Source: Dehalococcoidia bacterium
GTDB lineage: Bacteria > Chloroflexota > Dehalococcoidia > SHYM01
Assembly (NCBI GenBank): GCA_009692805.1
Contig: SHYM01000001.1
Coordinates: 2,831-66,830, forward strand
Reading direction: 5' to 3'
DNA: 64,000 nucleotides
Every line of letters starts with the position of its first letter. The stretch's first letter is position 1. The position numbers and the translations under genes were made by a program. The notes under the pieces are model-generated. The model made no database searches. It had not been told where the DNA came from and saw nothing but the letters and a program-made list of their open reading frames with translations. Positions 1 through 9,570 of this stretch are shown here, piece after piece.

Positions 1-879
1 CTCACCCTCAACCGCCCTGAAAAGATGAACGCCCTCAGCAACAACCTGCGGGCGGAGATGATCCACGCCCTCAAGAACGCGGAGGGCGACCCCCAGGTTA
101 GCGTGATAGTGGTCCGCGGCGCGGGCCGCACCTTCTCCGCCGGCTACGATATCGGCGGCGGGCGTGACGCCCCGGCCGGTAGTCCCTACGTACACCCCAT
201 CTCTCGGCGTCCCGACGTGGGCTCCCTCCATATGGGGCCCGTGGAGTGGGCGCATCATGTCATTGACACTAACTGGGTGATCTGGGAGATCCAGAAGCCC
301 GTGATCGCCCAGATCCACGGCTACTGCCTGGCTGGCGGCACCGAGCTGGCCACGATGTGCGACTTCCGCATAGTGACCGAGGACGCCATCATCGGCTATC
401 CGCCGGTGCGGGCGATGACCACCATGGACAACATGTGGGCCCCCTGGCACCTGCCCATGGCCAAGGCCCGGGAGCTCGCCTACCTGGGCGACCCCATCAC
501 CGGGAAGGAGATGGCCCACTGGGGCTGGGCCAACCGGGCGGTGCCTGGGGAGCAGTTGCAGGCTACAGTGGACGAGTTCGCCCACCGCCTCTCGCTCATA
601 GACCAGCAGATGCTCATCTACTCCAAGCGCTCTGTAAACCGCGCCTACGAGGTCATGGGCATCCGCACGGCCCTCTACGCGGGGGCGGACATCCAAGCCC
701 TCAGCTCCATCCGGCCTCAGGGCGGGGTCTTCAACGCCATCTCGGCCGAGCGCGGCCTCAAGGCCGCCCTCCAGTGGCGCGACGGCCCCTTCGCGGACTA
801 TGGCACCCACGGCAAGAAGACGGAACGCCGGCCGCAGGACCTGCCCAAGACGCCCCCCGCGCCTAGCGGCAACTACTAG
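1..879 (+). CDS. Enoyl-CoA hydratase/isomerase (crotonase) family protein, 5' end cut by the window
   Basis: Frame is open from base 1 (LTLNRPEKMNAL). Crotonase motifs FSAGYDI, KPVIAQIHGYCLAGGTELATMCD. Confidence 0.9.
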   Translation, partial: LTLNRPEKMNALSNNLRAEMIHALKNAEGDPQVSVIVVRGAGRTFSAGYDIGGGRDAPAGSPYVHPISRRPDVGSLHMGPVEWAHHVIDTNWVIWEIQKPVIAQIHGYCLAGGTELATMCDFRIVTEDAIIGYPPVRAMTTMDNMWAPWHLPMAKARELAYLGDPITGKEMAHWGWANRAVPGEQLQATVDEFAHRLSLIDQQMLIYSKRSVNRAYEVMGIRTALYAGADIQALSSIRPQGGVFNAISAERGLKAALQWRDGPFADYGTHGKKTERRPQDLPKTPPAPSGNY

Positions 880-924
880 CGCCGAGCCGCAGCGGGCTCG
901 ATTGGTCCTGACCGGCTTGGGCGA

Positions 925-1099
925 GCTTTGCACAAAAAAGTCTCGTTCCTTCGAGCTGGCTCTCCCCTGAAGATGCCATCGACCATCCCCCTTACAAAAG
1001 GGAGAGAAAGGGGGCCACCCCCTTACGCCCCCGGCAGATCCCGAGCATCGGGACTCTGCACTCCCTCCTTTGCCGGTAAGATGCCCCGTTTGTACAAAG
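925..1099 (+). mobile_element. MITE-like element, copy A (apparently complete)
   Basis: Ends ctttgcacaaa (926-936) and tttgtacaaag (1089-1099) are inverted with 1 mismatch. Internal blocks ttcgagctggctctcc, ccatcgaccatcccc and cccccggcagatcccgagcatcgggactctgcactccc are shared with other copies. Confidence 0.7.
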
Positions 1100-1127
1100 G
1101 AACCGTGACTCAACGATAGGAGGGGTC

Positions 1128-1745
1128 ATGACTCAAGGGAGAGCGAAGACGCAACAGCAAGAGCATACCTGGGACGACCTCATCGCCGCCATCGGGCAGG
1201 ACTTCTCGGGTGGGGAGGTCCGGCAGACGGCCGACGCCATTGACCGGAGCATGATCAGGCGCTATTGCGAGCCCTTGGAGATAGACTGCCCTCTCTACCA
1301 CGACGACGAGGTGGCCCGCCAGCACGGGTACAAGGGCATCCTCTTGCCTTGGAGCGCCTACGGCGCGCTCAGCGGCCCTCCCGTCTGGAAGCCAGGGGAC
1401 GCTACCAAGTGGCCGGTGCCTGACAAGGATTACAGCGCCACCATCCGTCCGCCCTCGGAAAGGACTGAGAGCAAGGCGCCGCCTCTTCCCATGCCCCTCA
1501 CCGACTCCAGCATGGCCACCGACATCGAGATCGAGTATCTCCTTCCCGTCTATGTGGGGGACCGGCTTTCCTCTCGGGGGCGCAAGTTGGTGTCCGTCGC
1601 CGTGCGCCAGACCCGGGTGGGCTACGGCGCCTTCTATGTCTTGGAGAGCGAGATCGTCAACCAGCGAGGCGAGGTCGTGGCCAAGACCCGCAATGGCATC
1701 TACCAATACATCTCGGGCGCCAAGGGCCCCAACAAGGGAGGGTGA
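1128..1745 (+). CDS. MaoC-like (hot-dog) dehydratase subunit, probably non-catalytic (HadA/FAS1 N-terminal type)
   Basis: IRRYCEPLE..PLYHD..A motif and EIEYLLPVYVGDRL..NQRGEVVA; SD AGGAGG upstream. Confidence 0.8.
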   Translation: MTQGRAKTQQQEHTWDDLIAAIGQDFSGGEVRQTADAIDRSMIRRYCEPLEIDCPLYHDDEVARQHGYKGILLPWSAYGALSGPPVWKPGDATKWPVPDKDYSATIRPPSERTESKAPPLPMPLTDSSMATDIEIEYLLPVYVGDRLSSRGRKLVSVAVRQTRVGYGAFYVLESEIVNQRGEVVAKTRNGIYQYISGAKGPNKGG

Positions 1746-1751
1746 CAACCC

Positions 1752-2198
1752 ATGGCTGATTGGAGCAAGCAGCGTTACTGGGAGGACGTCAAAGAGGGGG
1801 ACGAGGTCCCGGGGGTGGTTTTCAACATCGCGTTGCAGCGCCTGGTCATGGCGGCAGGCGGCAACCGGGACTTCAACCAGATCCACCACAACGACCGCAT
1901 AGCCAAGGCTCAGGGAGCCCCCGACGCCTATGCCAACAACGGCTTCGTTCAGGGCATGTGGGAGCGCACAGTCCGCGAGTTCATCGGCCTGGACGGGAAC
2001 GTCAAGAGGGTGGGCCCCTTCCGCATGGTCAGCTTCAACACGGTGGGCGAGGGTGTGATCACCAAGGGCAGGGTAAAACGGAAGTGGCAGGAGGGCCGGC
2101 AGGGTCTCGTCGAGCTCGAAATCTGGTCCGAGCACTCCAAGGGCGTCAGCGTGGGACCCGGGCCCGTCGTCGTCACCCTGCCCTTCCGGCGCGGGTAG
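1752..2198 (+). CDS. MaoC-family dehydratase/hydratase, catalytic subunit
   Basis: Hydratase-2 D-x4-H motif in NRDFNQIHHN; N-terminal YWEDVKEGDEVP; SD GGAGG. Confidence 0.85.
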   Translation: MADWSKQRYWEDVKEGDEVPGVVFNIALQRLVMAAGGNRDFNQIHHNDRIAKAQGAPDAYANNGFVQGMWERTVREFIGLDGNVKRVGPFRMVSFNTVGEGVITKGRVKRKWQEGRQGLVELEIWSEHSKGVSVGPGPVVVTLPFRRG

Positions 2199-2283
2199 TA
2201 TCCGGGGCTCTCCGCGGCGCTACCTAGTTGCTTATGGCGCTCAGCCTACGGGGCATGCCACGGCACTCTTTCGCGTCCCGCAA

Positions 2284-2428
2284 ACTTCGCACAACAAGTC
2301 TCATTTTCTTCGAGCTGGCTCTCCCCAGGAAGAGAGTGTAAGGAGAAGGAGAGAATCCCGAGCGTCGGGACTTCGACCCCCGGCAGATCCCGAGCATCGG
2401 GACTCTGCACTCCCTCTATTGCCGGGGG
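2284..2428 (+). mobile_element. MITE-like element, copy B (right end missing, extra tcccga..tcggga module)
   Basis: cttcgcacaacaagtctcattttcttcgagctggctctcc ... cccccggcagatcccgagcatcgggactctgcactccct matches copy A. Confidence 0.7.
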
Positions 2429-2432
2429 ATTC

Positions 2433-2744
2433 CTAGCGCCAGGCCTCATCCGGAGGATAGACGTTGCGGCCAATGTGCCTTGCGGCGGGGCCGGCGAACC
2501 AGTCCCGCACCGTGTCCCGCCACTTGAGGTAGTGCGGCGCCTGCTGATGCGCCTGGAAGGCGGCCTCGTCGCGATACGCCTCGTATAGGTGGACAAGATT
2601 GGGGTCGGCCGCGTCCTGGAGCACATCGAAGCGCAGGCACCCCGGCTCGTCTTGATTAGAGCCCCGCGCATCCCCCAGCATCGCCTCCATAAACTGCTCC
2701 CGGCGCTCGGGCTTGACGTGGAGGGTGACCATGAGGACGTACAT
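2433..2744 (-). CDS. ABM-domain protein (putative quinol monooxygenase / LsrG-like)
   Basis: EPGCLRFDVLQD..LYEAYRD..H..APHY motif. Start moved to ATG 2744, which follows SD GGAGGT. Confidence 0.85.
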   Translation of the reverse strand: MYVLMVTLHVKPERREQFMEAMLGDARGSNQDEPGCLRFDVLQDAADPNLVHLYEAYRDEAAFQAHQQAPHYLKWRDTVRDWFAGPAARHIGRNVYPPDEAWR

Positions 2745-3119
2745 GCTTACCTCCCAAGCAGGCAAGGCGTGCCTGCAGCGCATCACCAGATAGAAGTTCC
2801 CAAAGGTTATGGGGGCGTGGCGTCTGGTCCCACGCGTCCAGGGCGTCTACTTACTTGAGCCGCGCCGCGTGTAGGGCACCTTCAGCCGGCGAGTATACAC
2901 CCTCCGCTATGAGCGGGCAGCGCCGGACAGGGCTGGGGGCCCTGAGTTGCGCCCTACATCGCCTAACCACGGTACATCGCTTGAAGGCCAGCTGGCCACC
3001 TGAATGCCGCCGGATGGCTCCTGCCTTATACTTGACTGACGCTAGGGGAGCCGGGCCATAATCCGCGCAGAGTCCTAGGTCCCGTAACAGGGCCGTCGCG
3101 CTAGCAAGGAGAGGTACGG

Positions 3120-4328
3120 ATGCCGGGGCCGCTAGCTGACCTCACGATCCTCGACCTAACGGAATACATCGCCGGTCCCTACGCGACCAAGCTGCTGGCG
3201 GACTACGGCGCCAACGTCATCAAGCTGGAACGGCCGGGCGGCGACCCCTCGCGAGGACTGGGGCCGTTCAAGGGGAACAGCAAGCACGCCGAGCGCAGCG
3301 GCACCTTCTTCTATTTCAATACCAACAAGCGCTCCCTCGTGCTGGACCTGCGCGCGCCTGAGGGCCGGCAAGTCTTCCTGCGGCTGCTGGACGGGGCGGA
3401 TATCGTGGTCGAGAGCTTCCGGCCGGGCGTCCTGGACCGCCTGGGCGTGGGCTGGGACGCTGTCCATGCCCGCAAGCCGTCCGCCCCCCTGGTATCCATC
3501 ACCAACTTCGGGCAGACTGGCCCTTACCGGGAGTTCCGGGCCTCGGAGCTGGTGCTGTTCGGCTTCGCCGGGGAGATGTACTCCATGGGGGGTCAAGACC
3601 GCGCGCCGGTCAAGATGTACGGCACGGCTGCCCAGGTGGAATCGGGCTCCGCCGCGGCGAGCGCCATCCTGGGGGCGGCGATGGTCGGCAAGTGGCAAGG
3701 AGTGGGCCAGCGAGTGGACTTCTCCCTGGCGGAGAGTCACCTATTAGGAGTGGACCGCCGCCACGCCACCGTCATCGGCTATCAGTTCTCCGGTCGCAAG
3801 ACTCAGCGCCGGGCGGGCGCCGGCGTCGCCCTGGGCGGAGTCTACCCCTGCGCCGATGGCTACGTGGAACTGGCAGGCGGCGCCTGGTTCGACCGCGTCA
3901 TAGAGATGCTGGGAAACCCCGCGTGGCTGCGCGACCCCAAGTGGCTGGACCCGGTCGCGCAGACCGACCCCGCCCTGATCGAGGAGTTCGAGGGCCACTT
4001 TTACGAGTGGCTGCTGGCGCGCACCCGTCGAGAAGTCTTGAGGGAGGCGCTGCAGGCGCGGGCGATCTGCGCGCCCATGTTCACCGTGGACGAGCTCTTC
4101 GACGACCCTCACTTCATCGCCCGCGGGCTCTGGGCCCGGGCGGAGCATGCCGAGCTGGGCGCCTTCGCCATCCCTGGCAGGCCCTTCCTCATGAGCGATT
4201 CGCCCTGGGAACTGCGGCGTCCGGCGCCGCTCCTGGGCCAGCATACGGCCGAGGTGCTGCGCGAGGCCGGCTACAGCGAGGGTGAGGTCCAGGCCCTGGC
4301 CCAGCGGCATATAGTGGAGGTGCGGTGA
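3120..4328 (+). CDS. Family III CoA-transferase (CaiB/BaiF), probable non-catalytic subunit
   Basis: IAGPYATKLLADYGANVIKLERPGGD, NTNKRS, ESFRPG, PAPLLGQHT. The catalytic Asp position appears to be Gln (AAQVESG). Confidence 0.9.
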   Translation: MPGPLADLTILDLTEYIAGPYATKLLADYGANVIKLERPGGDPSRGLGPFKGNSKHAERSGTFFYFNTNKRSLVLDLRAPEGRQVFLRLLDGADIVVESFRPGVLDRLGVGWDAVHARKPSAPLVSITNFGQTGPYREFRASELVLFGFAGEMYSMGGQDRAPVKMYGTAAQVESGSAAASAILGAAMVGKWQGVGQRVDFSLAESHLLGVDRRHATVIGYQFSGRKTQRRAGAGVALGGVYPCADGYVELAGGAWFDRVIEMLGNPAWLRDPKWLDPVAQTDPALIEEFEGHFYEWLLARTRREVLREALQARAICAPMFTVDELFDDPHFIARGLWARAEHAELGAFAIPGRPFLMSDSPWELRRPAPLLGQHTAEVLREAGYSEGEVQALAQRHIVEVR

Positions 4329-5656
4329 TGGCCCACCTGCCGCTGCACGGCATCAGGGTCGTCGACCTGACTGGCGTCTGGGCCGGCACCTTCGCCACCA
4401 TGCTCCTAGCCGACCTAGGAGCAGAGGTCATCAAGCAGGAGAACCCCTACCTCATGCAGCCCAACACCCGCGGCCGGCGCGCTCACCTGACCAAAGCGAT
4501 GCTCCAGGGTGGCACGGCCTGGGGCTCCGGTTACCCGAACAATGAGCCGGGGCCGCGCCCCTGGAACTACTGTCCGACCTTCGTGCAGCTCTACCGCAAC
4601 AAGCGCAGCTTCACCGTGGACATCCGCGGGCCTGAGGGCATGGACATCCTGCGGCGGCTGATTGCAAAGTCCGACGTGGTCATGGAGAATAGCGCCCCCG
4701 GCGTCATGGAGAAGCTGGGCATTACCTACGAATGGCTCCAAGGCATTAAGCCAGACATCATCTTTGCCCGCATGCCGGCCTACGGCTCCAGCGGGCCCTA
4801 CCGGGATGGGCGCGCCATGGGCGTGCACCTGGAGAGCATGATCGGGCATGCGCTCCTGCGCGGCTACCCGGACCTCGACCCCTCCAACAGCACCGCCACC
4901 TTCGTCGCCGACTACACGGCGGGCACCCAGGCGGCCCTGGCGGTCATGATGGCGCTCTGGCACCGCCGGCAGACCAACCGCGGGCAGTTGATCGAGCTGT
5001 CCCAGGCGGAGAGCGCCGTGCCGATGATGGCGCAGGCCCTGATGGACTGGTCGCTAAATCAGCATCTGCAATCCGCCATCGGCAACCGCTCCCTCGACGG
5101 CGCCGCCCCCTGCGGCGTCTATCCCTGCCGCTCGCCGGGCACACCAGAAGACAGCGGCGACCACTGGATCGCCATCACCGTCGGCAGCGACCGCCAGTGG
5201 GAGGCGCTGCGCAAGCTTATGGGCGACCCGGAGTGGGCGCGCTCGGGGGATCTGGTCACGGCGGAGGCCCGGGCCCAGCGCCAAGACCTGCTCGACGCCA
5301 GGCTGGCGGAGTGGACGGCTGACTGCGACGACTACGAGCTGATGCACCGGCTTCAGGCCGCCGGCATCGCCGCCGCCCCCGTCCTGGAGGCCTCCCGCGC
5401 GCTCGATGACCCCCAGGTCCTGGCGCGGGACCTCTATCAACCGCAGCGCATCTACGACGATGTGGGCGTCTACAAGTACATGACGCCCTTCTACCGCTTC
5501 TCCGAGACGCCCACGGGCATCCACAAGCCCCCGGTGGCTTTCGGGGAGGACAACGAATACGTCTACAAAGAGGTCATCGGGGTCAGCGACGGGGAGTACG
5601 CGCGCCTGCGGGCCGCCGGGCATATACGCATGGACTTCGACGAATCGGTGCCCTGA
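4328..5656 (+). CDS. Family III CoA-transferase (CaiB/BaiF), catalytic subunit
   Basis: WAGTFATMLLADLGAEVIK, RNKRS, VADYTAG with Asp retained. Start overlaps the upstream stop (TGATG). Confidence 0.9.
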   Translation: MAHLPLHGIRVVDLTGVWAGTFATMLLADLGAEVIKQENPYLMQPNTRGRRAHLTKAMLQGGTAWGSGYPNNEPGPRPWNYCPTFVQLYRNKRSFTVDIRGPEGMDILRRLIAKSDVVMENSAPGVMEKLGITYEWLQGIKPDIIFARMPAYGSSGPYRDGRAMGVHLESMIGHALLRGYPDLDPSNSTATFVADYTAGTQAALAVMMALWHRRQTNRGQLIELSQAESAVPMMAQALMDWSLNQHLQSAIGNRSLDGAAPCGVYPCRSPGTPEDSGDHWIAITVGSDRQWEALRKLMGDPEWARSGDLVTAEARAQRQDLLDARLAEWTADCDDYELMHRLQAAGIAAAPVLEASRALDDPQVLARDLYQPQRIYDDVGVYKYMTPFYRFSETPTGIHKPPVAFGEDNEYVYKEVIGVSDGEYARLRAAGHIRMDFDESVP

Positions 5657-5701
5657 GGCGCTAGTCTAGGGGCGGCGGGGCACGCTAACACTAACTGGCG
5701 A

Positions 5702-5736
5702 GCGAAGTGCGCCTGCCGCTGGGCAGGCGCCTTCGC
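5702..5736. terminator. GC-rich hairpin between convergent genes
   Basis: gcgaag-t-gcgcctgcc / ggcaggcgc-cttcgc inverted repeat. Confidence 0.5.
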
Positions 5737-5774
5737 CCTCTATCTATTGCGTTAAGGAGCGGGCCTCGGTTACC

Positions 5775-7484
5775 TCACGGCGCTCCCGGCATCCACTTGG
5801 CCCGCCACAGATGAGTAACGGTTGTCTGGCCAGGCACGAGGTCCCAGTCCACCCTTTGGTTGAAGCCGAAGATCAGCACCCCACCCAACAGGGGGATGGT
5901 GAGGGCCTGCTCGTGGAGGTACAAGTACATCTCCCGGTTGACCTTCTCTCGGTCGGCGGGTTCGAAGGTGGTCCGCATCTGGAGGGCCCAGGCCTCCAGC
6001 TTGGCATCAAGCATCTGACCGTTAAAACCTTCGGGTGTGTTCTTAGAGAACGTGACGTAGCCAGGCGCTTCCCCCTCTGAGCTCAGCCCGTTGACGCGGT
6101 ACATGCGTATGGGGTACGTGCGCGCCGGGTTATCGCCGGCGTAAGAGACGATGGTGCCAACCTCGGTCAGGCGGTCGCGGGCCTTAATCCCTATGGCGTT
6201 CCAGTAGGCGATGGCCACCTGGTAGGCCTCGGGATACCCTGACGAGGTGCGGTAGTACCAGATCGGAAACTCGCGGTCGAAGGGGAACTTGGCCTCCTCC
6301 AGCAGCCTGCGTGCCTCCTTGGGGTCGTAGCCGTAGGGCTTGATCTCGTCCTCGGTGGCGCCAACTCCCACGACGGCGCGTGACCAGGGCCCGGGGATGT
6401 AGCTGCCGTACTTGCCCAGGGCCACGCCGTCGAAGATGGCCTTGCGGTCCACGGCCAGGATGAAGGCCCGGCGCACCCGCACGTCCAGGAAGGGGTTGGG
6501 GACATCCGTCCCTGGGATCACCGGCGTGTCCGTGGAGAAGAGGACGGGGACCCAGCCGCCGGTGTTGGTCGCCTTCACCCGGAAACGCTTGTCCTTCAGC
6601 AGCTCCTCGCCCTGGCGGGGCTGCACCTCGTCCATGAAATCTATCTGGCCCGACTTGAGCATGGCCAGACGGCTCTCGGGCTCTGGCACAACCATGCGGA
6701 CGATGGTCTTGACCTGGACCTTATCGGCGTCCCACCAGTAGGGGCTGGCCTCCATGGTGAGGGACTCGAAGGGCCGCCACTCCACAAACTTGTAGGGGCC
6801 GGCGCCGATGGGGTTCTTCTGAAAAGCCTCGTAGGGACTGTGACGGGCCTGAACGACGAGGCCGCCCATCTTGGACCATCCCAGGGCATCGGCCCCGGTA
6901 AGGGTGAAGACCACGTTGCGGTCGTCAATGGCCTCCACGCTTTTTATCTGGCGCGGGAGGGCGGCGTTGGGGCTGTTTAAGGCGTAGGGCGACCTGATCT
7001 TTTCGACGGTGAAGAGGATGTCATCGGAGGTCACCGGCTTGCCATCGTGGAAGCGGGCGCCTTTGCGAATGACGTAGCGGACCTTGAGCCCCTTCTCGTC
7101 CCAGGACCAGGCCTCGGTCAGGTAGGGCTCGGCGGGCTTCCCTTGGCGCTGGATTGACAACAGAGTGGCGTTGAAGTCCGTAACCGTGTAGAAGCTCTGC
7201 AGCCCTCCTCCGGTGGCGACGTGGATATCGCGGTTGGTGATGTCGGCCACCGCCGCCATGGTCATCTTGCCCCTCGGGCCCGAGGCCGAGGCGGTGGGCG
7301 TCGGAGTGCTTACCGCCGACGCCGCGGCCCGCGTAGGGGTAGGTGCGGCTCCAGGCGCGGCCGTCGCCGCCGGCGCGGCAGCCGTTCTAGTGGGGGTCGC
7401 CGTGGGGGCCGCGGCGCCTCCGCAGGCCACGGCGATCAGTCCTATGACACTGAGCCCTGAAGATAGTGTGCGCCACTTGGACAT
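5775..7484 (-). CDS. ABC transporter substrate-binding lipoprotein, family 5 (DppA/OppA-like), no permease adjacent
   Basis: Lipobox IAVAC, Ala/Pro/Thr linker, RFHDGKPVTSDD, PIGAGPYKF, DVRVRRA. Confidence 0.9.
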   Translation of the reverse strand: MSKWRTLSSGLSVIGLIAVACGGAAAPTATPTRTAAAPAATAAPGAAPTPTRAAASAVSTPTPTASASGPRGKMTMAAVADITNRDIHVATGGGLQSFYTVTDFNATLLSIQRQGKPAEPYLTEAWSWDEKGLKVRYVIRKGARFHDGKPVTSDDILFTVEKIRSPYALNSPNAALPRQIKSVEAIDDRNVVFTLTGADALGWSKMGGLVVQARHSPYEAFQKNPIGAGPYKFVEWRPFESLTMEASPYWWDADKVQVKTIVRMVVPEPESRLAMLKSGQIDFMDEVQPRQGEELLKDKRFRVKATNTGGWVPVLFSTDTPVIPGTDVPNPFLDVRVRRAFILAVDRKAIFDGVALGKYGSYIPGPWSRAVVGVGATEDEIKPYGYDPKEARRLLEEAKFPFDREFPIWYYRTSSGYPEAYQVAIAYWNAIGIKARDRLTEVGTIVSYAGDNPARTYPIRMYRVNGLSSEGEAPGYVTFSKNTPEGFNGQMLDAKLEAWALQMRTTFEPADREKVNREMYLYLHEQALTIPLLGGVLIFGFNQRVDWDLVPGQTTVTHLWRAKWMPGAP

Positions 7485-7689
7485 AAGGCACCTCCTAACG
7501 CGATGTAGTTGGTGGCCTATTCACGCATATCGGACGTCTTTCGTCAAGTCAATACGTCAGCATATATATAGTACGTCACCGGGGGCCTCGCGGTTTTCGG
7601 GGCCGCCCCTGCCTGCGCGCCGACGGCCTTGGGCCGGACCGCTTCAGGGGATCCGGCAGTTATGGCACAATAGGGATCACGAACCGCAA

Positions 7690-9540
7690 ATGAAGATCCT
7701 TCTCAGACTCCTCGTTCGGGTATTCCCCTATAAGAGGCGCGTCGCCCTGGCTTGGCTCTGCGTGCTGGGCGCGGGCGCCTTCATGGTTATCACCCCTCGC
7801 CTGGTGCAGTGGGGCATCGACTTCGGCCTCCAGGCGCATCAGGTCACCGAGACCGTGGTGCGCGACGGCGTATCGCAAGAGGTCACGCGCCTGGCGTTTG
7901 AGAGCAAGTACTGGCTCCTCATTATCGCCGGGGCGGCGGTGCTGGGCGCCGCGCTGCTGCGCAGCGCCTTCGCCTTCGGCCAGCAGTACCTAAGCGAGTG
8001 GCTCTCCGCGCGGGTGGCCTATGACCTGCGCAACGCGATCTACGACCGCCTCCAACGCCTCTCCTATGCCTACCACGACCAGCACCAGACCGGACAGCTC
8101 ATGTCCCGCGCCACTCAAGACGTGGAGGCGGTGCAGAGGTTCATCAGCATGGGCTTCTTGCGGCTCCTCTACATCCTGCTCCTGATGCTTTCCATTCTGG
8201 CCCTCATGCTGCTGGAAAGCCCGACTTTGACCCTGGTCTGTTGGCCATTCCTAATTCTCATCGCCGCCTGGTCTACCAGGTATAACCTCAAGCTGCGGCC
8301 CGTCTGGACAAGGGTGCAGGACGGGCTGGGACGTCTCACCACGGTGCTGCAGGAGAGCCTCTCGGGCATACGAGTGGTGAAGGCCTTCGGCCGCGAGGCT
8401 TACGAAAGCCGGAAGTTCGCCGTCGAGGCCCAGCACCTCTTCGACGACTCCTACTACGCCAGCAAGGTCCAGGCAGTGAGCACGCCGCTCATGACGGGCC
8501 TCTGGATGCTGTCCCTCGCGGCGACTATCTGGTTCGGCGGCAGGGAGCTGGCCGCCGGCCGCCTCAGCCAAGGGGAGCTGGCCGCCTTCGCCCTGTACCT
8601 CACCTTCCTACAGATGCCGGTCCGCATGCTGGGGATGATCATCACGCTGATTGCCCGCGCCCACTCCTCGGGGGAACGCATCTTTGAGATCCTGGATGCA
8701 GATTCGGCGGTCAAGGAGAAGGCCGGCGCGCCGGAGCTGAGGCACGTGAAGGGCCAGGTGCGGTTCGAGAATGTATCCTTCGGCTACGATGCCATCAGCC
8801 CCGTCCTCAAGGACATCGACATCGACGCGCGTCCCGGCCAGGTCATCGCCCTGCTGGGGCCCACGGGCAGCGGCAAGACGACGATAGTGAACCTGCTGCC
8901 GCGCTTCTACGACGTCACCCACGGGCGCATCACCATCGATGGCATCGACATCCGAGATGTTGCCCTAGCCTCGCTGCGCCAGGTCATCGGCGTGGTCCAT
9001 CAGGATGTATTCCTCTTCTCGGCCACGATTCGCGAAAACATCGCCTATGGAGTCCCGGGGGCCACGCAGGAGGAGATCGAGCGGGTTGCCAAAGCGGCGC
9101 GCATCCACGACTTCATCATGACCACGCCCGAGGGCTACGAAACCTGGGTAGGAGAGCGTGGAATCACCCTCTCTGGCGGCCAGAAGCAGCGGGTGTCCAT
9201 AGCCCGCACCCTCTTGCAGGGGCAGCCCATCCTGATCCTGGACGACTCCACGTCCAGCGTGGACACGGAGACCGAGTACCTGATCCAACAAGCCTTGGCC
9301 GAAATCATGCGGGGACGCACCACGTTTGTCATCGCCCAGCGGCTGCGGACGGTGGAGCTGGCGGACCAGATACTGGTGCTGGACGAAGGCCGGATCGTGG
9401 AGCGCGGCCGGCACCAGGAGCTGTTGGAGCACAACGGCTTCTACCGTCAGATCTACGACCTGGAGCTGCGGGACCAGGAGGAGGCCCTCCCCAGCGCGCC
9501 CCTCTTGGGACAGCCGGCCCCGGCCTCGTTGGCGCGGTAA
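7690..9540 (+). CDS. Heterodimeric ABC exporter subunit (TMD+NBD) with degenerate Walker B and switch
   Basis: TM region, Walker A GPTGSGKT, LSGGQ, ILILDDS, IAQRL. Start reassigned to ATG 7690. Confidence 0.92.
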   Translation: MKILLRLLVRVFPYKRRVALAWLCVLGAGAFMVITPRLVQWGIDFGLQAHQVTETVVRDGVSQEVTRLAFESKYWLLIIAGAAVLGAALLRSAFAFGQQYLSEWLSARVAYDLRNAIYDRLQRLSYAYHDQHQTGQLMSRATQDVEAVQRFISMGFLRLLYILLLMLSILALMLLESPTLTLVCWPFLILIAAWSTRYNLKLRPVWTRVQDGLGRLTTVLQESLSGIRVVKAFGREAYESRKFAVEAQHLFDDSYYASKVQAVSTPLMTGLWMLSLAATIWFGGRELAAGRLSQGELAAFALYLTFLQMPVRMLGMIITLIARAHSSGERIFEILDADSAVKEKAGAPELRHVKGQVRFENVSFGYDAISPVLKDIDIDARPGQVIALLGPTGSGKTTIVNLLPRFYDVTHGRITIDGIDIRDVALASLRQVIGVVHQDVFLFSATIRENIAYGVPGATQEEIERVAKAARIHDFIMTTPEGYETWVGERGITLSGGQKQRVSIARTLLQGQPILILDDSTSSVDTETEYLIQQALAEIMRGRTTFVIAQRLRTVELADQILVLDEGRIVERGRHQELLEHNGFYRQIYDLELRDQEEALPSAPLLGQPAPASLAR

Positions 9541-9570
9541 GCCAGATATGTCGGCGAAAGGGACAGCCTA

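Noticed and set aside
7213..7689. 159-aa N-terminal extension of the first ABC exporter ORF
   Set aside because: It is largely antisense to the binding-protein gene start and crosses the divergent promoter region; the family-like sequence begins at MKILLRLL (7690).
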